Shown here piece by piece: positions 59,138 to 64,000 of a DNA stretch of 64,000 nucleotides. Numbering within the stretch: the first letter of the stretch is position 1; each line of letters begins with the position of its first letter. Under the pieces are notes generated by a model. That model saw nothing but the letters and a program-made list of their open reading frames with translations. It was not told the origin of the DNA and searched no databases. Source of the DNA: Phycisphaerales bacterium (GTDB lineage: Bacteria > Planctomycetota > Phycisphaerae > WQYP01); the NCBI GenBank assembly GCA_027451365.1, contig DAIDJN010000029.1, positions 1 to 64,000 on the forward strand, read 5' to 3'. A program made the position numbers and the translations under genes.

Positions 59138-60592
59138 TTAATATTCTACAAACGGCAGATATGCCGTTGTTTCCACGTAACCGGTTCTTTGTGATTTATC
59201 CAGATCATCCACTGAAATTCCCAGCGCACGAACGATCGCCTCCACATCATCAGCAACTTTGATCGGCTGATTGGCATGGCTGCCCCATGTCGGCTCCGCC
59301 GCCGGCATTTTTGCCTCTTTCGTTCGTATGCCGGTATGGTATTGCACTGTGGCGTCGGGGTCTTTTAAGCCATGGCCGGTCAGCACACAGGCCACCCGTT
59401 CATGTCGTGAAATAACCTGTGACGCCAGAAGCTGCCGCAGGCCGGCTATTGTCGCTGCGCTGGCGGGCTCGCAACCAAAGCCAAATCGACCGATCAGGGC
59501 TTTGGCTTCCAGTATTTCCTCATCGGTTACCTCGGCCACCACGCCGTTCATGCCATCCAGAGCGCGCAACGCCTTTTTCAAATTCACGGGTCGGCCGATT
59601 TCAATTGCGGACGCAATCGTGTGCGGATGAATATGCTCCGCATCCATTTTTGCATAATGGGCTTGAATCATGTCGTCGTCCGTGCGGCCGCCGTTCCAGG
59701 TCAGACCGCCGCGGACCAGCGTGTATAAGGTATTTGCGCCTCGCGCGTTAATAATCGCCAGTCGCGGTACCCGCCGGATGAGTCCCAGCGCCAGCAATTC
59801 CGCGAAAGCTTTTCCGAATGCCGAACAGTTCCCAAGGTTTCCGCCCGGCACAACAATCCAGTCCGGCACTTCCCAGTTAAGAGATTCCAGAATCCGGTAC
59901 ATAATCGTTTTCTGGCCTTCCAGCCTGAACGGATTGACCGAATTCATCAGATACAGTCCAAGCTGCCCGCTCACTTGACGCACTCTGGCCAGACAGGTGT
60001 CAAAATCGCCTTCAATTTGCAGCGTGCGGGCACCATAGTCCAGCGCCTGTGAGAGCTTTCCAAACGCTATTTTGCCAGTTCCTATAAACACAATTCCCTG
60101 AAAGCCGTTTTGCGCCGCATACAGCGCTAAAGATGCCGACGTATTTCCGGTGCTCGCACACGCGACACGCCGCGCGCCGACCATGCGCGCATGGGTGAAC
60201 GCGGCGGTCATTCCGTTATCCTTAAAACTGCCCGACGGGTTCATTCCCTCATATTGCAGCCATAACTGCCCGGGCCACATTCCCAGTTGTCGTCCAAGGC
60301 AGACCGCATTCTGTAAAAATGTCTGTCCTTCGCCAATCGTGCAGACCATCGCATCGGCACAAAACGGCAGCAGGTCCCGGAAACGCCACACTCCCGAATA
60401 ATCCAGCGGAAAGCGCCGGTTCTGCCAGCGCTGCTGGAAATGACGCAGCGTGGCCGGCGGATTCGCTTTCGACCAGTCATATTCGATATCCAGCAGTTCG
60501 CCGCATTTTTGACATGATGTCAATGTCCGGCTCACATCAAAGGTTGAACCACACGAAGGATTAATGCACTTCTGGAACGCGGTCGTTTTCAT
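59138..60592 (-). CDS. thrC: Threonine synthase
   Basis: EGMNPSGSFKDNG (PLP Lys), CASTGNTSAS, NSVNPFRLEGQKT, VPGGNLGN and EPASAA. Confidence 0.93.
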   Translation of the reverse strand: MKTTAFQKCINPSCGSTFDVSRTLTSCQKCGELLDIEYDWSKANPPATLRHFQQRWQNRRFPLDYSGVWRFRDLLPFCADAMVCTIGEGQTFLQNAVCLGRQLGMWPGQLWLQYEGMNPSGSFKDNGMTAAFTHARMVGARRVACASTGNTSASLALYAAQNGFQGIVFIGTGKIAFGKLSQALDYGARTLQIEGDFDTCLARVRQVSGQLGLYLMNSVNPFRLEGQKTIMYRILESLNWEVPDWIVVPGGNLGNCSAFGKAFAELLALGLIRRVPRLAIINARGANTLYTLVRGGLTWNGGRTDDDMIQAHYAKMDAEHIHPHTIASAIEIGRPVNLKKALRALDGMNGVVAEVTDEEILEAKALIGRFGFGCEPASAATIAGLRQLLASQVISRHERVACVLTGHGLKDPDATVQYHTGIRTKEAKMPAAEPTWGSHANQPIKVADDVEAIVRALGISVDDLDKSQRTGYVETTAYLPFVEY

Positions 60593-60688
60593 GTTCCGGA
60601 TTTTATACGCAAACGCCCGTACCGGCCAACCGCATCAGGCCGACGATCGCCGAAGCAGTTCCCCGGCACATGTGCCGGGGCGCAATAA

Positions 60689-62317
60689 TTAACTTACCAC
60701 GGCCTTCACAGGTTCCCGCGCAGCCGCGGGCCAGTCCAGATGGCAGCGCCAGTTGATATTGTCCAACTCCGGAAAATCGGTCCGGAAATGTACGCCGCGG
60801 GTTTCTCTGCGGGCGCGTGCGGCAACCGTAATCAGCCGCGCCACTTCCAGCATGTTCTGTAATTCCCATCCGGCCGGAGCCTCAAACACTTTATCCAGCA
60901 CATAGTGCGACCAGAACTCAATTATTTCAATCGCCTCATCCAGTCGCGGGCCGTATCGCTCGATGCCCGCATTTCTCCAGAGCAGAGATTTAAGACTGCT
61001 TAATACATCGGCCATATCCAGTTCTGTCCGTTCCGAGTGGGGTATTTCCACGGTGATCCGCGGAATTTCAATCGGTCGCAACTGTCCGACAATGCGCGCC
61101 GCCGCATCTTCCCCCGCCCGTTTGCCGAATACCAGCGCCTCAATCAGTGAATTACTGGCCAGGCGATTGGCTCCGTGCAGGCCGGTATAAGATGTTTCGC
61201 CTATGGCATAAAGATTTTCCACGCTTGTGCGGCCCGTTAAATCACATCGCACCCCACCGACCATATAATGGGCGCTGGGGTGAACGGGAATAGGCTGTTT
61301 GCCGGGATTAATTGCAAATTGCTGGCATACCTTATAAATGCTTGGAAAGCGGGCCTTAAAGCCATCCGTGCCCATGTGTCGGCAATCCAGAAATACATGG
61401 GTGGTGCCGGTTTTTGCCATCTGGGCCAGAATGCTCCGCGAAACCACGTCCCGCGGTGCGAGTTCCGCCATTGGATGGTAGGCCTTCATGAATTCTTCGC
61501 CAGCCCGGTCAATAAGTTTTGCTCCTTCGCCACGAACCGCTTCGCTTATCAGAAACCGCGCAGAACCCGCAATATAAATGGTGGTCGGATGGAATTGCAC
61601 CATTTCCATGTCGCGCAATTCCGCCTGCGCTCGCCAGGCCATAGCGTGCCCGTCCGCCGTCGCGATGGCCGGATTGGTGGTTTCACGGAACAGTGCCCCG
61701 GCCCCGCCGCTGGCCAACAGGGTCTGGTTCGCAAAAATCGCGAACATGCCGCGCTGCTGTGTCCAGGCCAAGGCGCCGACACACCGACCCTCAAGTGTGA
61801 TCAGGTCCAGCACAAACGTATGTTCCAGAATGGATATCGCTTCGCGCTGCCTGGCCACCGCCAGCAGACTGTTGGCCAGTTCACGCCCTGTCGCATCGCC
61901 CAGCGCATGAATGATTCGCGCTGCCGAGTGGCCGCCTTCCCGCCCGAAGGACAGTCGTCCGTCGGTTTCCCGGTCAAAGTTCGCTCCCCAGCTTATCAGT
62001 TCATCAATGCGCGCCGGTGCCTCCCGCACGACAGTCTCTACTGCGGCCCGTTCGCTTAACCCGCAGCCGGTCGCAAGGGTGTCGGCGATATGGCTTTCAA
62101 AACTGTCATCCGCCTTCATGACCGTCGCAATGCCACCCTGTGCATAAAACGTGTTCGATTCAGACAACTGCTGCTTGGATACCAGCAGTACCTCCGCGCT
62201 TTGGCTGGCCGCAATTGCCGCCCGCAGGCCCGCGACTCCGCTGCCTATTACCAGAATGTCGGTCACCACATGCGGCAAACGATGGCTTTTGAACGGATAC
62301 AGATACCGGCGGTCCAT
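60689..62317 (-). CDS. nadB: L-aspartate oxidase
   Basis: IGSGVAGL, YAQGGIA, REGGHS, QFHPT, LISEAVRGEG, ELAPRDVVSR, GLHGANRLASNSLIE and ETRGVHFR. Confidence 0.95.
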   Translation of the reverse strand: MDRRYLYPFKSHRLPHVVTDILVIGSGVAGLRAAIAASQSAEVLLVSKQQLSESNTFYAQGGIATVMKADDSFESHIADTLATGCGLSERAAVETVVREAPARIDELISWGANFDRETDGRLSFGREGGHSAARIIHALGDATGRELANSLLAVARQREAISILEHTFVLDLITLEGRCVGALAWTQQRGMFAIFANQTLLASGGAGALFRETTNPAIATADGHAMAWRAQAELRDMEMVQFHPTTIYIAGSARFLISEAVRGEGAKLIDRAGEEFMKAYHPMAELAPRDVVSRSILAQMAKTGTTHVFLDCRHMGTDGFKARFPSIYKVCQQFAINPGKQPIPVHPSAHYMVGGVRCDLTGRTSVENLYAIGETSYTGLHGANRLASNSLIEALVFGKRAGEDAAARIVGQLRPIEIPRITVEIPHSERTELDMADVLSSLKSLLWRNAGIERYGPRLDEAIEIIEFWSHYVLDKVFEAPAGWELQNMLEVARLITVAARARRETRGVHFRTDFPELDNINWRCHLDWPAAAREPVKAVVS

Positions 62318-62638
62318 TGAAACTCCTTTTACATTCACCTATGTTAGCCCGGAATGCCCGCAGATTCATCCGGCGCGTGGATCGGCTTATTCCGGAAGCA
62401 CCCCGTTCTTGGCGGCATTTGCCCAACGGCTTGCAGCCGCAATTGTCGGTTCCTGATCAAAATCGGCAGACCCATATCCGGGGAACGCCATCCGGTTCCA
62501 TCGCCGGATCCGATACTCCCTCGCCAGGCGGTTGGAGTCAATTTTGCAATCTTGTCGGCTCTTTTGCGTTACAATGGCGAAGGTGGGTCCGGCTTGGGAA
62601 TTCACGCCGAGTCGCGCCCAAATGTGAAAGGTATCATC

Positions 62639-62989
62639 ATGATGTCCAAAAAAAAAGCCGCTGCTATGCTGGCCGGGAAAAAATGTGCCCCCTGCGAAGG
62701 CGGCACCTCTCCGCTTACTCCCAAAGAGATCGCCAAACTTCTTAAATCGGTCCCGGAATGGCGGGTGGATGCCGATGTTCTAACCCGCGATTTTGAATTC
62801 CTGAATTTTCACCAGACCATGTCATTTGTAAACGCGGTCGCGTGGCTGGCCAATCTGGAAAACCATCATCCGGATATGCAGGTCGGCTATAGCCGCGTCC
62901 GCGTTGGCTTCAGTACCCATGCCATCAACGGTCTGTCACCGAACGACTTTATATGCGCCGCCAAAATCGACGCAATGCTCGCACTTTAA
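62639..62989 (+). CDS. phhB: Pterin-4-alpha-carbinolamine dehydratase
   Basis: CAPCEGG, ENHHPD and THAINGLSPNDFICAAKID. GAAAGG RBS. Confidence 0.92.
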   Translation: MMSKKKAAAMLAGKKCAPCEGGTSPLTPKEIAKLLKSVPEWRVDADVLTRDFEFLNFHQTMSFVNAVAWLANLENHHPDMQVGYSRVRVGFSTHAINGLSPNDFICAAKIDAMLAL

Positions 62990-63000
62990 TAAAGGATGCC

Positions 63001-64000
63001 ATGGTCAACGAACCTTACAGCGGCCGAAGAGTGCTGATTCTTTCGGCGTCCGCCGGCGCGGGGCATATCCGCGCCGCGGATGCCATTTTGAAAATCTGTG
63101 CCGGTGATTCCCGCGTTGCCCAGGTAGAGCACTGGGACATGCTAAAGTACACCAACCGGCTTTTTCGGCATATCTATTCCCAGGTCTATCTGGATTTAAT
63201 CAATCGTGCGCCAAAAATGCTTGGCTGGATATACGATACCACCGACACCCCCTGGCGAAACGAGAAAAAGCGGCTCGCCTTTGAAAAATTCAATGCCGGA
63301 CCCTTTCTCAAGGCGGTCACCGCTTTTAACCCTGATTTAATCATTTGCACCCATTTTACGCCTTCCACTTTGGTGGGCTGGCTATATGAAGTTGGGCGCA
63401 TTGCCGTGCGCCCGGCAATCTGCGTTACCGACTTTGACTGCCATGCCATGTGGCTCACTCATATTTATCAGTATTATTTCCTGGCTTTGGAAGAAACACG
63501 CGTCCACATGCAGCGGCTCGGCATAGATGCAGCCCGTATGAAAGTCACCGGAATTCCCGTCGATCCGGCTTTTATGGAACCAATGGAAAAATCCGAAGCC
63601 CGTCGGCGCTGCTCACTTGATCCCGCCCTTTTTACTATTCTGGTTTCCGCCGGCGGTTATGGCGTTGGCCCTATTGAACTGCTGATTGCTGAAATTCTGC
63701 GACTTAAAATTCCCGTTCAGGTCGTCGTCATCGCTGGTCGAAGTCTGGAACTTAAAGCCACGCTCGATGAACTGGCCGCGCAACAAAATCCAAGCCAGCC
63801 GGTAAAACTGGTTCCCGTCGGATACACCACACACATGCACGAATTCATGGCCGCTGCGGATCTTCTTATTGGCAAGCCGGGTGGTCTGACCACCAGCGAA
63901 GCGATGGCCCGCAATTTGCCGGTCTGTATTGTCAATCCGATTCCCGGACAGGAGGAACGCAATTCCGATCATCTGCTGGAGCAAGGCGTCGCCATCCGCT
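63001..64000 (+). CDS. MGDG-synthase/UgtP-like GT28 glycosyltransferase, truncated at the window end
   Basis: Read directly from the sequence: MVNEPYSGRRVLILSASAGAGHIRAA...CTHF...TGIPV...KPGGLTTSE...PIPGQEERN. No stop before 64000, so it is absent from the ORF track. Confidence 0.9.
   Translation, partial: MVNEPYSGRRVLILSASAGAGHIRAADAILKICAGDSRVAQVEHWDMLKYTNRLFRHIYSQVYLDLINRAPKMLGWIYDTTDTPWRNEKKRLAFEKFNAGPFLKAVTAFNPDLIICTHFTPSTLVGWLYEVGRIAVRPAICVTDFDCHAMWLTHIYQYYFLALEETRVHMQRLGIDAARMKVTGIPVDPAFMEPMEKSEARRRCSLDPALFTILVSAGGYGVGPIELLIAEILRLKIPVQVVVIAGRSLELKATLDELAAQQNPSQPVKLVPVGYTTHMHEFMAAADLLIGKPGGLTTSEAMARNLPVCIVNPIPGQEERNSDHLLEQGVAIR

Noticed and set aside
62318..62638. NAD-related riboswitch upstream of nadB
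   Set aside because: GC-rich stems are present but no known aptamer consensus was recognised. The 5' extension of the phhB ORF across this region is also considered spurious.

Overview
64-kb chromosomal window, most likely from a Planctomycetota (Phycisphaerae-like) bacterium. This is inferred from a DUF1559/H-X9-DG prepilin-like gene, PEP-CTERM proteins and a 1234-aa expanded SecA. From left to right it holds: (1) a complete type I-G (I-U) CRISPR-Cas locus on the minus strand (csb1/cas7, csb2/cas5-6, cas3 with C-terminal HD, small cas8, cas4-cas1 fusion, cas2, leader, 9-repeat array); (2) housekeeping genes (MFS sugar porter, amidohydrolase, htrA, der, secA); (3) a stand-alone T6SS sub-module (tagH-like, tssK, tssL, tssM, tagF) with no tube, sheath or wedge genes in the window; (4) pyrR-pyrB and an S9 peptidase; (5) an arabinan/galactan utilisation locus (GH2, DUF1559, LamG PEP-CTERM, GH127-like, GH43); (6) a small aryl-polyene/flexirubin-type KS-CLF/acyltransferase/dehydratase group and two PEP-CTERM genes; (7) recG, mscS, thrC, nadB, phhB and a truncated GT28 gene. 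The best candidates for something new are a SecM-analogous ORF upstream of secA ending in ...QLAPPKST*, the orphan T6SS membrane module led by an FHA-less TagH-like protein, a 31-aa Lys-rich H1-like microprotein missed by the ORF track, a shared TGCGC-N16-TGCGC promoter motif linking the pilin-like gene to the arabinofuranosidase, and a 109-bp MITE present in two copies. All calls come from motif recognition by eye; no database searches were run.
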